The position numbers and the translations under genes were made by a program. A DNA stretch of 64,000 nt. Source: Eledone cirrhosa. Its lineage: Eukaryota. The notes under the pieces were generated by a model that was not told the DNA's origin, ran no database searches, and was given only the letters and a program-made list of their open reading frames with translations. Below are positions 1-13,800 of the stretch, in pieces. Where the stretch lies: NCBI GenBank assembly GCA_964016885.1, contig OZ024742.1:119970001-120034000 (forward strand), written 5' to 3'. The stretch's first letter is position 1. Each line of letters begins with the position of its first letter.

Positions 1-504
1 ACATATTTAAAAAAAACTTACCCCAAAAAACAATTGTTTTTTTTAATTCTGCTTTAACGTTTGCAAGAAAACTCATTAAAAAAAATTAAATAAAATATGA
101 TGAGGATGAAGATGATATGAAAAAGAATATTCTGATGTACAGACTGTTTCAGGAATAAAAATATTTGACAGAAAAGTTAAATTCTTTCTCTTCCAATCAA
201 TCCTGAAAGCACAGTCTTAATATGTATCATTCACTTATTGTCCAAGCCAGATTCCTATTCTATACCATCTGCCACAATATTACGACTGTTTATGTACGCA
301 TGTATATTTGTGTGTAGGCAGGACCATTGTTAAGTAATAGGTAGAGGAGAGAATTATCTGAAACCAAATAAAATACCCAACTTAATACAAGCAGATGGAT
401 AGATATTAAAAATGCCTTATATGTCTGAGAAATAAAACAGAGTCAAAGTACTGTCTTTTGTTTAATTCATTACATAATTAAGATGATTATAAAGAGAAAG
501 TATT

Positions 505-1069
505 TTAACCCTTTTGTTGTAGTGCACCTGAGCACTGTACACAATATTTTCATTATTATCATTATACTGAACTACCTGAAACCACACTTGGTTCAATGAT
601 ATACAAAGTTGTATATTTTAAAGAGTATATGTTTTTCTAAAGATCTTCCATCATAATTTTATGTAAAGTTGAGCTTCAAATACCATTAACTCTTTCTAAA
701 ATTCTTGATTATTTTCAAAATGATTTGTAAATTATAGGCAGTGTCTTTCATTAGAAATATGATAACAAAAGGGTTATGTAAGCCAAGAAATGTACCAAAG
801 TAGCTCTATATTCCAGCTAACAAAATACTAATAAAAGATGTCACATAACCTTTTTGATACCAAATTGTTGGTTTCAAAGTGTTTATATTTACCTAAAAAT
901 CTTACACCATAGTTTTATGTAAGAACTTTTTAAGTGATGCTTTAAACACCAGAATAGTAATAAGAAAGTCATTTGTATTTCTAAATCCCTCCAAATTCTT
1001 GATTATTTTCAAAATTTATTTGAAATTCACAGGTAGTCTTTCATTAGAAATATAGTAATGAAAGGGTTA
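505..1069. mobile_element. Two adjacent copies of a second TTAA-flanked MITE family (about 505-776 and 847-1069)
   Basis: TAACC(C/T)TTTT...AAAGGGTTA termini and a shared internal aaattcttgattattttcaaaa...tttcattagaaatat. Related pieces occur near 15700-15795 and 60330-60554. Confidence 0.6.
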
Positions 1070-3968
1070 AAAAGTGCATGAGATTAAAAAATAAAGCCAT
1101 TACACTACTTCAACTCATAGGAACACGATTAAATTTTGAAGTGATGATAAAAATTATTTCTAAAATCCTTTAATTAAATAAACTTCCCAACAATTTTGAT
1201 GGTAAGAAGTTTATTTGGATAATAGGATTTTGATTATGAAACCTATATAATCTGCATCAATTTAAAGTGAAGCAAAACCAACCCAATTTTCAATTCTGCT
1301 GGAACTGCTTCAGAGTTTCAATATCTCTTCAATAAATGTGGATTTCATTTTTAAAAAAGTATTCTTCAATTCCAAATGAGAAATCACAATGGAATTGAAA
1401 TACAGCTAAAAATATCAATCACATCTCTCTCTCTCTCATGCACACACACAAACAAAACCTGGCTTTAGGCATTACGTAGAATTTTATTATTTGTTACTTA
1501 GCATCTTTGTATAGTACATAGAGACTTGTAGGATTTTTCTGACATCTTTCTCTGCCCTGTACACTTTCTTATGCTTATAGATAGCACAATTTGCTTCTGA
1601 AAAAATATAATTATATAAAGAAATAAGGAAAATTGAATACTACCAGAAACAAAGAATTTCTCCATTCTAATATGACCATATTGTGGGTTTTCCTCTCTTG
1701 TACTTATTTTACACAAAAATTAAAATTCTATGTAAGAGAGTAAAAAATATATATTTAAACAATATCTAGAATATAATATGGTTAGAATTAGACATAAATG
1801 AGGTAGCATCTTATCTAGAATTTTATACAATAAAAACCTTATCGAAAATAAGCTGTGTTGATTGGTATTTTGCTTTATCATTTTATGGTATAATAGATGT
1901 GCATGTGTGCATGAGGTAAACATTTAATCATGAGACCAGCAGTTTCAGCTTTTTATCTCACAAGCTTCTTTAGAGCTTGCGAGAGATCAAGTTGAATGGC
2001 AGGGCTCGAGGTTGGACCTTTACCACATCATTGTACCTACTCTGAAGCTCATCATACATCGAGTACAACTTTGATTTGCAATTTTACTAATCTTTGCACC
2101 ACAAACACTCCATATATACGCACACAAATATATATATTCTATATATTTGTTTTATATAAATACAGTATTATAGGTGGGTTCCTGATGTATATCAGGAGGT
2201 GACCAGTCAAAAAGGTACTCAATACGTTAGTAGAGTATAAGCATCTTTATTTTATTATAGAAGTAACTTCTACAGGACTAGAACTATTTCAATCTTACGA
2301 ATGTAGAAGTCCTGTTGAAGTCATTCCTATAATAAAATAAAGATGCTTGTATTACATTGACTCATTGATTTTCAGAGAATCTATAGGAAATTTTTAACAA
2401 GTCTATTACATAAAAATATTTACAAAAAATCATGGAAACCAATCCAACTCAACTATTTAGATGTATAAAACATCAAAAGTTGGAAAGAAATACTTACCAA
2501 AAATAAGGAAAATATACAAGTAAAGAAACTGCCAAAAGTAGCCTCCCCTTACAAAAATAAAGAAAGAATAAGAAAAATTAAGTTATACCATCTCTACAGG
2601 AGTTACCTCCTTTGAACAGAATCGTCTTATTAGTGCTGACAATTTCTCTCGCTCTCTTTCCTGCACGCACACTAATTAAATTTAGTTCATGTGCGCATAT
2701 ATATATATATATATATATGTGTATGTGACAATGTCATGAGGGAAAAAAAAAAAGAACTAGAATTGATCCCAAATTGAAATGTTTTATTTCTTAACTTCCT
2801 ATCGTTTAAATCCATATATATAAATATATGGCACCAGTTGTGTAGTCAGGTAGTATCCTTCATAGAGTTAATGGAGATGAAGATGATATAAAGATGGGTA
2901 TTCTACTCAGTAGTAATAGTGCAGCAGCCCATTCTCACTGAGTTGAATGCAATATATTCCAAGAAATACCAAATACATGTCTAACAATGTGAGCTAATTT
3001 TAAGAGATTTTTTTTTCACTCGCACAAAACACACAGATTGTCTCTCCTCCTCCTTCTTCCTTGTTGGTTTTAATGAAATATTTATTATATATATTTTTTT
3101 TTCATTTCAATCACTTTACTGTTGTCTATGCTATTTTCAGCATTTTGTGAATATGTTTCTAAGTATATGGAGTGTGTGTGTGTTTGTTTTCTTAGGTAAA
3201 TGAATTTTTTTTTAAAACTTTTTTTTTTGCTTTGTGTTCCTTGTCTAAGTGGCAGGAGTTACTCTGTTAAAGGATAAGAAAATTAATTCCAAACTTAAAA
3301 GGGCAAAGTGTTGAAATTAATGTAAAACTTGTCTATGACAAGCAATGTCTTCATTTGTGTGTTTAAGTAGGTTTCTCATTGCTTGTGTGTTCTGTGTGTG
3401 TGCACACGTATGTGTGTACATATACATCTATGGAAAAGGCACAGATGTACACATGTATACATACAGACACACCAATAAAGACCAAGGTCAGTCACTGGGT
3501 CGGCAGCTTGTAATTTGACAATAACAGTAACAACCAAAAAAAGTAATTTGTTAGGGAAAGGTAAATGAAGGGGTGGTGGGTTTGGGGTCTTATCAATTAA
3601 TAAGAAAACGGAAATAGGGTTCATATTAATAAAGAATGCGTCAAACTAAACATAATTTTCCCTTCTCTAGGTCTGTTGATTTCTTTTGTTTTCTCATTGT
3701 ATTTGTATTGATTCATCTCATTATTTCTTTCATGTAGTTGCTGCTGTTGCCACAGATTTCTGTAGTTTGTAGATTATTATCACAGGAATGTTTGTGAGGG
3801 TTTGAAGATGATATATCAAGATTAAGAAGAACAAAACATATAACAAGTGAAGTGGGTAAGGAGGCAACAGGTAGCATTAATGTCATTTCAACTCCACCTC
3901 TTTCCTCACTGCCAACTCTCCAGATCAAACCTAACTTTTGACGCCTCAAATGTCTAAAAGAATTCTTC

Positions 3969-4027
3969 TCACTGCCATTTCATGTCTGTAAGTATCCATT
4001 GTTGGCTAGGACTGTTATTACAGTTAC
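3969..4027 (-). CDS. GALNT1: GALNT terminal coding exon: (G)NCNNSPSQQWILTDMKWQ*
   Basis: Acceptor actttcag|, phase 1 matching the previous exon. QQW motif. TGA at 3969-3971. The 3' UTR continues to lower coordinates (end not determinable). Confidence 0.92.
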
Positions 4028-4217
4028 CTGAAAGTAAAATTTAAAACAACCATTAGATGAAAATAAACAAAAGAATGCAGTTTACCAAATAAGTATTATT
4101 GAAGAAGTTAGTAAGACCCAAAATGCAGACTTGGAGTAGTGGTTAAAGTGTTCACTTCATAATCATGAGGTCTCATGTTCAATCCTACTGCATGTGTCAT
4201 TTACAATATTAATACAA

Positions 4218-4792
4218 GCTTATGATGGAAGGCAGGAGGCTGAATTAAGTGCAAGAATTGCAGAAGCTGGTGCAGTAATCAACCAGCTTCAGCATTCAGT
4301 AACCAGAAGAAGGGAGGTAGGTGTAAAAGCTAAACATGCTATCTTCAGTTCGGTTTTTGTGCCAACCTTACCTATGGTCATGAATCTTTAGTAATGACCG
4401 AAAGAATATGATCACGAATACAAGCAGTGAAAATGGGATTCCTCCGAAGGGTCTTTGGAGTAAGGTTACTTGATAAAGGGCGTAGCTCAGAGATCAGAGA
4501 CACTCCAGGTAGAGCTGCTACATCTCCAAATTGAGAGATCATAGCTCCTATACTACAGGCATGTGGTTAGAATGTCTCAGGAAAGAATCGCTGGACAGAT
4601 TTTATGGGCAAAACCAACCGGCAAGTGACCTAGGGGTAGACTCCGAGCAAGATGGTTGGATAACATCCATGAGTTTGGCTGGTCACACTTGGGGATCAGT
4701 TGAAGTCGGTTGCTTCTAACAGGACCCACTGGAAAGAGTGTTTGAGGACTCTGCCCCCCATGACCCTCTCAGGAATAAGTGGGCAAAGAATA
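4218..4792 (+). mobile_element. RTE-like LINE 3' fragment (same family as 63310-63975)
   Basis: Near-collinear nucleotide match to 63390-63970 (gatggaaggca.gaggct.aattaagtgcaag ... gaccctct.aggaataagt). Confidence 0.88.
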
Positions 4793-5240
4793 ACACAAGT
4801 ATGAGTCACTTACTATTGACTCAGATTAACAAAAAACCTGTGAATGATGGAAACTGTGAGGAAGCTAATAATTCCAAGGACCAGCCTTGCCACATATTGA
4901 ATCATGCTGATTCTGGCTGTGAATTATGTTAAGGGTACACATGTCTGTGGAATACTCAATTACTTACATGTTAATCCATAAGACATATGTTCAGTTGACA
5001 AAATGACTGAATGTTCATTGTGTCAAGAGAGGATCCATAATTGAGCACATTTATATTCATTAAACACATAAGGCATTGAAATAAATTAGATCTGAATATT
5101 AATTGAATTACTACCTAGATAAATATTTAAAAACAAAAATTAACTCCAATGAGTTAAAAAGGTTTTTAAATTTCTAACCATATAAGAAATCTGTGTTTTC
5201 TGTCCCCACTTTCTCTCTCTAGATCCATCTCTGTACACAT

Positions 5241-5305
<65 letters not shown>

Positions 5306-5979
5306 CAGTTTCAGTGAGCTGTGATATGATATCTATGTAAATTTTACTAGGTTCTTATATAAAGACCATCTTTTAAAACGGCTTTGACAGATAGTTACCG
5401 ATAGACCTAATTTACTGATAAATTTGTCACGATTAAAGAACCTTCATGTTTGTCTGACCTTCAGAGCACTAGAAACTTTGATCTTGGTTTAGATATTTCT
5501 CAGTAACTATGTAACTATGAATTACATCAAATAATGTAGAGCCTATGTCAACTTCCCCATAGATTTCTTTTTGATTTATATCTACTCTAGGTACCATAAA
5601 GTACTAATTCTAAATAAACTTGTAGTCTCATGTAATAAGCAGGATATTATTTTTGAATTTCAAATATTCTCAGTTTGTCCCTCTAAGTCTGACCATTCAA
5701 TCATACAAAATTCAGATTACTTCCTCATAATCCAGATCAAGGCTTCTTTACTAACATTTCATTTTCAATTTAATATAACATTACATTTCTTTGCTGGCAG
5801 GGAAAGCAGACATTAGATGATGATGATATATATCACAACCTACACTATCAAATTTGATGTTTTGTTTTTACAAATAGAGAGAAAATCCTCTTATCAGTAG
5901 TAATGCGAAACTCTTCAAATCATTTTATAATCTGTTGATAATTGATACCAAATAACCCTGGTGACAACAGTTCTCAATC

Positions 5980-6150
5980 ATCATAATCGTTATTTTACGT
6001 CTGCTTGAATGGAAGGGACAGGTCCTCTTCAGCACAGCATCTCTCAATTCGCCACAGGTCTTCATCATCTCCTCTGTGAGCTTCAGTGATCTGAAGTCAG
6101 CTCTCACCACCTCCGCCCATATTTTCCTTGGTCTTCCTCTACTGCATCTT
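5980..6150 (-). mobile_element. RTE LINE extreme 3' fragment
   Basis: Reverse translation reads CSRGRPRKIWAEVVRAD...DAVLKRT, followed by a (GAT)n-like tail. Confidence 0.7.
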
Positions 6151-6421
6151 TCTTCAATCCTTTTATAATAAAATATTAGTGTCTTCTATAGTTTTCAGAT
6201 CTGTATAATTCATCAGTCATTGGGGTCCAAGCTGTTGACCTCCTCATAGTGAGACCTGGAAACTGATCACTGATCTTGATCAGGTGAATGACAACAACCT
6301 GAGCACATCTGTTCCACAGGAACTCAATACATATCTCAACTTCTTTGGATTATCTCATCCCCTTTCATCACAAACTATTGCCACTGAATTTGTTGTGCAG
6401 TTTGTATTCATTTGCAATGTG

Positions 6422-6460
<39 letters not shown>

Positions 6461-7046
6461 TGTGTTCATATGTGAATGTATGTATAAATACAACTGTGGT
6501 TGTATATGTAGTGTGTGTTTGCTGCTATGAAAGTCAATGTACCTACTGTGTGTGGCATATACGTAGTGCATTTATTTGGAGTGGGATTCTTCTTCATCTA
6601 TTTTGCCTTCTTATTAATGAGAGGGTTGTGGAGGCAGAGTCTTAGATGCACCTTTCAGAACGTCCTATCAGAAGCAACCGCCTCCTCACTACCTCTCCCC
6701 CTTCAATCTACCCCACCTTTTTACTTTATTCCATTCTTTTCTTCTCATCTTGTAAATAAAGTGATGACATTTCTATAGATATATTGTCTCTCTTGAAATA
6801 TTAGTCTATATTACTCTTGGCAGCAAATCCACAGACTGAATTTTTCTACAAACTCTATTATGGCTGTTTACTTTTCTCAGATTCTGGATTTTATGTGTTT
6901 ATCAATCATTTACTGCAATGCATAAAGTTATTTGAAGTATAGAGTAACTTTCAATCCACCAATGACAACACTAACCTCTGAATCCACCAATCCCCTTTTA
7001 GTTGGATTAGTCAATTCTTATATTATAAACACTCAAAAAGACCTAC

Positions 7047-7125
7047 CTATACTAGGGGTGTCCGAATCATCAGCACTGGGTTTATCCAAACACTGGTTAC
7101 TGTTTACATGTTTTAAACTCAATGT
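7047..7125 (-). CDS. GALNT1: GALNT exon, lectin gamma repeat (first part): TLSLKHVNSNQCLDKPSADDSDTPSIG
   Basis: Manual translation. Acceptor ttttgcag|, donor |gtaggt, 79 nt, phase 0-1. HVNSNQCLDK matches vertebrate GALNT1. Confidence 0.93.
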
Positions 7126-8591
7126 CTGCAAAATGAAAAATAGACTGTTAATAAATTCTGCCAAAATTAATGATATTAAATTTTAAAACAACAACAAATG
7201 ATATCTGAAGCATACATTTTTTACTAATAACACTAGTAGAAAGAAATGTAACTATATGACTATGAACAGAATAAAAAGAATACTATAACTAGTCAAAGAA
7301 GTTCCTGTCTATTAACGGTTATCTCATGTCCTTAAGATTCTAATAGCCATTGCAGTAAAAATAATGTGTAAGTGGACATTTGAAGTGGAAAGAGCAACCC
7401 ACATAGCAGAAAGACAAAAATGTTGTTTTCAACAATAATATATTTCTCTTTAGCACATTTGATAGCTAATATTTTCTTGGGATTTGGGTTGAAGATGAGT
7501 TATATCTCAGCTAAATCCACAGGTAGTGTTACTATAACAGCTAACCAAACATCTCAAAGTGATATAAGGCTTTTGAATTATATTTGTGCAGCTAGAGCAA
7601 TAGTGTTACAGTACTAGTCAACTAAAGTATATCATACGACATGTAACCAGCTGATATACTACAATATTAGTCAGTTTAAATATGCAATATAGCCTATTGA
7701 AGTACAAGTCAACTGATATATGAATAACTGAGAGGTTACACTTTGTTAAAACTGTCATAAACTGACTTTCCCTATATGACTGCAAGGGTAGTGAGACATA
7801 TATAACTGGACACTAACATGATGTGCCAGATTTCTCTAAGATGTTGCAGCCTTATCACAAAAAATATGTTGATTCATCAAGAAAAGAATTACACACAAAA
7901 TCACTAGATCATTGAAATTATATAAAGTTACATCTGAAAAACCAGCAATACTACACAATAATATACATTACAAATTGATTTAACAGATAAACAAATCATA
8001 GGAATTATTCCATAATGTTTAAAAATGTAAAAAATATAAATTATTTTATATGAAAAATAGAAACTAAATTTAAAATTCTAATATTTCAAATAATTCAGTA
8101 AAAATGTTTTCTTTTCTTTTGAGAATAATTTATAGCTAGCTTATTAGTTTTTGTCACCACAATGCTTTAAAATACCATAAAATAAATGGCCATAACTCAG
8201 TTTCAGTATAAAATAGTGATACACAAATTCTTCTCTTAAGCTGCTGACAATGCCAATTAGAATTAGAATTCTCATGCTGTTTTAATGATTAGAAGATAAT
8301 TTTGTTATAGTAGATAGATTTGTTAATAAAAGCATACATGTATTCAGAATTTTATGCAGATCTACTTAAACTAGAGAACCACTATACCATCTTAAGTAGG
8401 TCAAGAGGAAATCTAAAAAATTATATAACTCTGTTTCCTTAAGAAATGTTTCTTCATCAAATTTATGGCACTAACCAATTGGGACATTTGGGAAAATATA
8501 ATTTTGAGACTAATGGAGCCACAAATTAAGATATATGATATGGGTGCATCATAATCCTCCCCCCTCCAAAAAAAAAAAAATCTATATATAA

Positions 8592-8800
8592 CCCTTTAGC
8601 ATTTAAACCAGGCATATCCGGCCAGAATTCTGACGTCTTTCTGTTCAAACTGGCTGCTCATACTGATGTTTAGGTATTGTTCTCAAAATAAATAATATCA
8701 AAATCTCATAGATTCAATACTATGTGAGATAATTGTGTGAGGTAAAGACTTTACTGTGAAAATATAATAGTAAATATAGAATAATGTAAATATTAAAGGG
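8592..8800 (+). mobile_element. piggyBac-type MITE (~210 bp)
   Basis: CCCTTTAGCATTTA...TAAAGGG|TTAA termini. Same family as 40558, 47618 and 51269. Confidence 0.8.
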
Positions 8801-8914
8801 TTAAAACCACTGCCATATTGGATGATTCTAGACAGATTTTGAATAACAAAGAGCCAAAAATATATAACTCAATATATCAAGATACAATTAATTATATATA
8901 TAATTGATTACATT

Positions 8915-9088
8915 ATGTCACATGTTGATACATGTTATACGTTGATACATGTCGCATGCTGATACATGTCACATGCTGATACATATCACATGCTGATAAA
9001 TGCCACATGCTGATAAATGCCACATGCTGATACATATCACATGCTGAAACATGTCACATATTAATATATGTCACATGTTGATACATGT
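8915..9088. repeat. 17-bp minisatellite (ACATGTCACATGCTGAT)n
   Basis: About 10 degenerate tandem units are visible. Confidence 0.85.
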
Positions 9089-10855
9089 TCTTTGCAGAGA
9101 CTACAACTGCTAAAGTTTTCATTAAAATACCATACTAAAATTAAATGTCCCAAGTTTATGCATAAGAATGGGTCTATTTGATTATTCATAAAAGCAATAG
9201 CTAAAATCTCAAAATCGATAGAGAAGATATGGTTTGTTGATAACACAGAGGTGTTATTACACATATGTAAGAATATTACACTTGATTCATTAGCTATTAC
9301 AATAGTGGAGGTATGAGATGAAAACAAGCTCATTTTATTATTTCATATTCCACAATATAATGGTTTCTCATTTAGGCACAAGGCCAGCAATTTGGCGAAA
9401 GGGGAAAGTTGATTAAATCGACCCCAGTGCATTACTGGTGCTTTATTTTATTGACCCCGTAAGGATGAAAGGCCAAGCTAACCTCAGAACATAAAGTGCC
9501 GTAACTCTATATTGCGAAGCATGTTATTCGACACTCTACCAATTCTGTCCATTCACAGCCCTATATAATAATAAACATCAAAGTAATTACTAAAGAAAAG
9601 TTGATGTTGCAATGTTTTATGAACCAATCCTAGTAATGATTTTTTTTTTTTACTTGGTAAGTCTGGAGGAAGGGACATTGCCCTTAGACTTTACAGACTG
9701 CAGACACACACACACACACACACACACAAAACATACATATTCTTCAAACCAAAAAGTTTAAATAAATGAATCAGTGTAGTTGCTTTCACAACAACTCAAC
9801 TTTCAAAAAAGATTAGGCAGGCAGCCAAACAATCTCAGATATAGATGACTAAAACTGAAATTAATTGTTATACTCCTGGTAATCTGTTTGGGGGTGATAT
9901 GAACAAGTATGAACAAGTATGAACAAAAATAATGGTTTCTGATTTAGGCACAAGGTTAACAATTTTGGTGCTTTATTTTATCGACTCCATAAGGATGAAA
10001 GGTAAAGCTGGAGGGATTTGAACTCAGAACGTAAAGGCCATAACTTTATGTCACAAAGCATGTCTGACACTCTACCAATACTGATCAGCTTTGTATATAG
10101 TTTCATAGCTTAAGTATATATATACTGGAATTTTGTATTTCAGAAGAAATACAGTATGTTTAAAATAAACATTTAGAGAGTTGTAGCTATGCCAAAACAC
10201 CAGCGACTAATGTCGTCAGGCAGTGTTCAGCTGAAGCAAGGGGGACAATCATGGATGCACATTTCAAACTGAACTGGTTCTCATCAGCACGGGCTCTCCC
10301 ACTCTTGCAACTGCTGGACTTTGAAAACAGGCGAGAATATATGGTTTTCTCGTCTGTGTAAATGAGGTGATTAATCTCGTTTGCATATGAAGCTGTATAA
10401 GTTGGCTCAACTTATAATAAAATTACAATTTAGCTTCAAGCATAGTTGTATACAGATATGCATTGGAATTTTGTATTTCAGAAGAAATACGGTATGTTTA
10501 AAATAAACATTTAGAGAGCCGTAGCTATGCCAAAACACCAGCGGCTATCTGTATGTGGTTGATGGCTGAGAAAGAGTTCTCAATACTAAAGTAGAGCTTA
10601 AATATTCATTTTATTATGGCTAAATAGTGAGTAACAAGACACTATTTAGCCTTCATAAAATGTGTATGTATATATATATAATTAAGAATGTTTTTTCCAA
10701 AGGGGAATGAAAGGGAACTACACTTAAATAAGGCACGTTATATATTCTCTTTCTCTACCCCAAAGAAATATATAAATACTGAAGTTGACCAATATTATTT
10801 GACATTCCTAATGATTTCAAATGAACAAAACTGTTATAGTTATGTAGAAGTCATT

Positions 10856-10889
<34 letters not shown>

Positions 10890-13800
10890 TATATATATAC
10901 ATGCATGCACACATAGTTGTTTTCTTTTAAACAGATAAATTATTTCTTAGGAACAAATTATCAGCACCAGTAAATTGACCAAAAATATTCAAAGAAGCAG
11001 TAATGATGCATCAGCACTTTAAAGCTGCAATGAGTGCCAACAGGCATTTTAAAAACTTACATCAATTTACTGACACAAATTCAACTCATTCCACGGAGTA
11101 ATATAATATTTAAAAAAGATTTTAAATAACATCTTTTTTCTAAGATTCACAGATATGAAAGCATTAGCAATACCACAAGCACCAAAATGGAGATGGTATT
11201 AATTAGTAGTAAATTACACATAAGTGTTTAGTTAGATATTACATACTTTAAAAAAAAAGGGGGACACATAAATAAATTAAAACAGTATTATGATAAATAT
11301 GGTATAGTCAAACCTTAGTAAGAACAAACTAAAAAAAATAGAAATATTCCCCCACCTCAACTAAAATATATAAAGCTTTCAGTTTGCATAAAAATATAGT
11401 TTAAACAAGTTAAAGTTAAAATAGATAGAGATGCGGGTAGCAACCTAAATCTTAAAATAATTATTATTTCTACTATAGGCACAAGGCCAAATAATAATAA
11501 TAATTGAATAAAAATTTGCCCCATTTTTGCACTCTCCTACAACTTTGGCAAACATCCCACAATATTTAAATAATAATTTGTGCAGGAAGCTGCCATCAAC
11601 CTATGTGAAAAATTATAAATTAACATTACAAATTCCATCTTCAAGGATTCAAACATGTTGATGGTAACACATACCTACACATACAAAATACCAATAAATA
11701 ACAGTGTAAACCAAAGGAAATCTTAAGGAAAATTGATGTTTTTATAAAGGAAGCTGTAAGTAATTGGCTTAAAAGTTAAAACTTTGTTCACTCTAACAAA
11801 GTACTGGCTGACCTTAATCTTGTTCATCACAATACTTCATATATATATAGTTAGCTACAACCAGTGAAGAAATAATGGTAGCCCATCATCTATAACTTAC
11901 AGCCATTTATTTGAAGACAGAAAAGGAAGTTGAGATTTCCATATATTTACTAGAATCTTTGTCCCCCAAAACCTTCAATTGAAGACATTTTCCGTTTTAA
12001 CTCAAACATTCTTTATTGGCAGTGATAAATTAACTTTCAGATGCCGTATTCAATATTGTGAAACAATAAATTACAGCTGATAAAGCAGCTTCTTCAAGCA
12101 AAAAGACCATAATTGATCTACTGCAACTACAATTTAAATTATCCCACTATGTGATTCATCATATAAATGAAGTGGATGTAAGGATGTAACCCAGTAGAGC
12201 TATGAGTGATCTTGCCACTGAATTTAGGGAAGTTGATTTACCCATGGAAGAACAGGATTCTACTTTAAGAATAAGTAAATGAAAGAAATACTCATTAATT
12301 CCACAGAGATTTAGTGGCTTACATCAGTGAAGGTATGGTACTAATTTTCAGCTATATTGAGTAAGTCACTGTGAATAAACTGTGTAATACTAAGGTCAAA
12401 GATCACTGGCAATGACAGAATGCAACAAAACTATTATTTTCGTCCATATAGAGGAACACAATTTGGATTTAAGTTACATTGTATTCCTTTAATCAAAATG
12501 TTTAGAATCAAACTATCATCATGGAAGTCAATCTGCCACAATATATTCCTTTCATTTATGCAACATAGAGTCGGATCATTGAATTGGTAATAATTATAGT
12601 AGAATAATTGAACAAAGAGAACATGTGAGTAAAGAAAACTAAAACAGCTTCTTACATTTCCTATCACAATTTCAATAAAAGTTATCCATATTTTAAGCTT
12701 AGTAGTTACAAACATTGGGGCTGCAAGACTATATGTTCCTCTAGTATTCCTATTTTTAAATGAAACATTACACTTTTGATCACTGTACCAATATAAGAAT
12801 TCACCAATTTCCAACAATGGAAGAGAAAGTTGGATCACCAAAATTTAACTTTATGCTTTAAAACCCCAAAACAGCTTTTAACAAAATAAAGCAAGCAAAA
12901 TTGAAAGCAGAAAAGCAAGACAAATTTAAAGGAAAAATATTTGACTAAACTTAAATATTTTATGTTGATCTACCTAGATTTAGAATAATCAACATGTACC
13001 ATTTAACAAGTTTACAATATCAGTACTTCAACATGCTTTTGTTTAAAAAGTATCAACAATGACAAAAACTGACGGTACAGTGTGTTTTGTGTAAAATGTT
13101 TGGATTTATAAAGAAATTACCTATTCTATCACTGGAGTAGTGCCATTGCAATTTCCACTCATTGTTGAGAGAAATGAGATATACCTATGTATGTATATAT
13201 CATGCTAGTATACTTTATTACACACAGAACCTCATCTCTGTAATAAAAGGCTAGTCATAGCACTGTATTTAGTCACACCATTGTACCTAGTTATATCTCT
13301 GTACCTAGTTACTGACACCACCAGTCATATCATGTAGAATCTGTAACTCCTGTGGTGTGTCTTGGGCATTTTAAATCTGGCAGAACCCATTACCTTTCCA
13401 GTTCTGAATGCAGCTGATTTCTTCCAGAGATAGAGAGAGGAAGAGATATAGAATAAGAATCAACCCCACTACTGGACTGGTACTTCTTTTATTGACCTTG
13501 AAAATATGAAAGGCTAAGTTGGCCTCAGCTATATTTGAATTCAGAAAGCTGGAATGAATACCACAAAGCATTCTATCTAATGTTCTAATGACTCTGCCAA
13601 TTTCCTGCCCATACCTAGTCATATTATTTTCAGAAAAAATCTAACCATCTGTAGACTACTACTTAGAAAACTTAGAAATTTAGAAACAGAATATTATAGT
13701 ATAGGAAGTCTCAATTCAAATCCTATTGGGGTTAATTAATACCCCCTCTTCCCCCCATCAATAAATAAACAGTAATAAGTTATAAGTAATCCAAATGAAA

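Noticed and set aside
12434-12841. 135-aa ORF, and the other short ORFs in the track such as 37530..38042 and 58904..59266
   Set aside because: No recognisable motifs or splice-consistent context. These are chance ORFs in AT-rich intron or repeat sequence.
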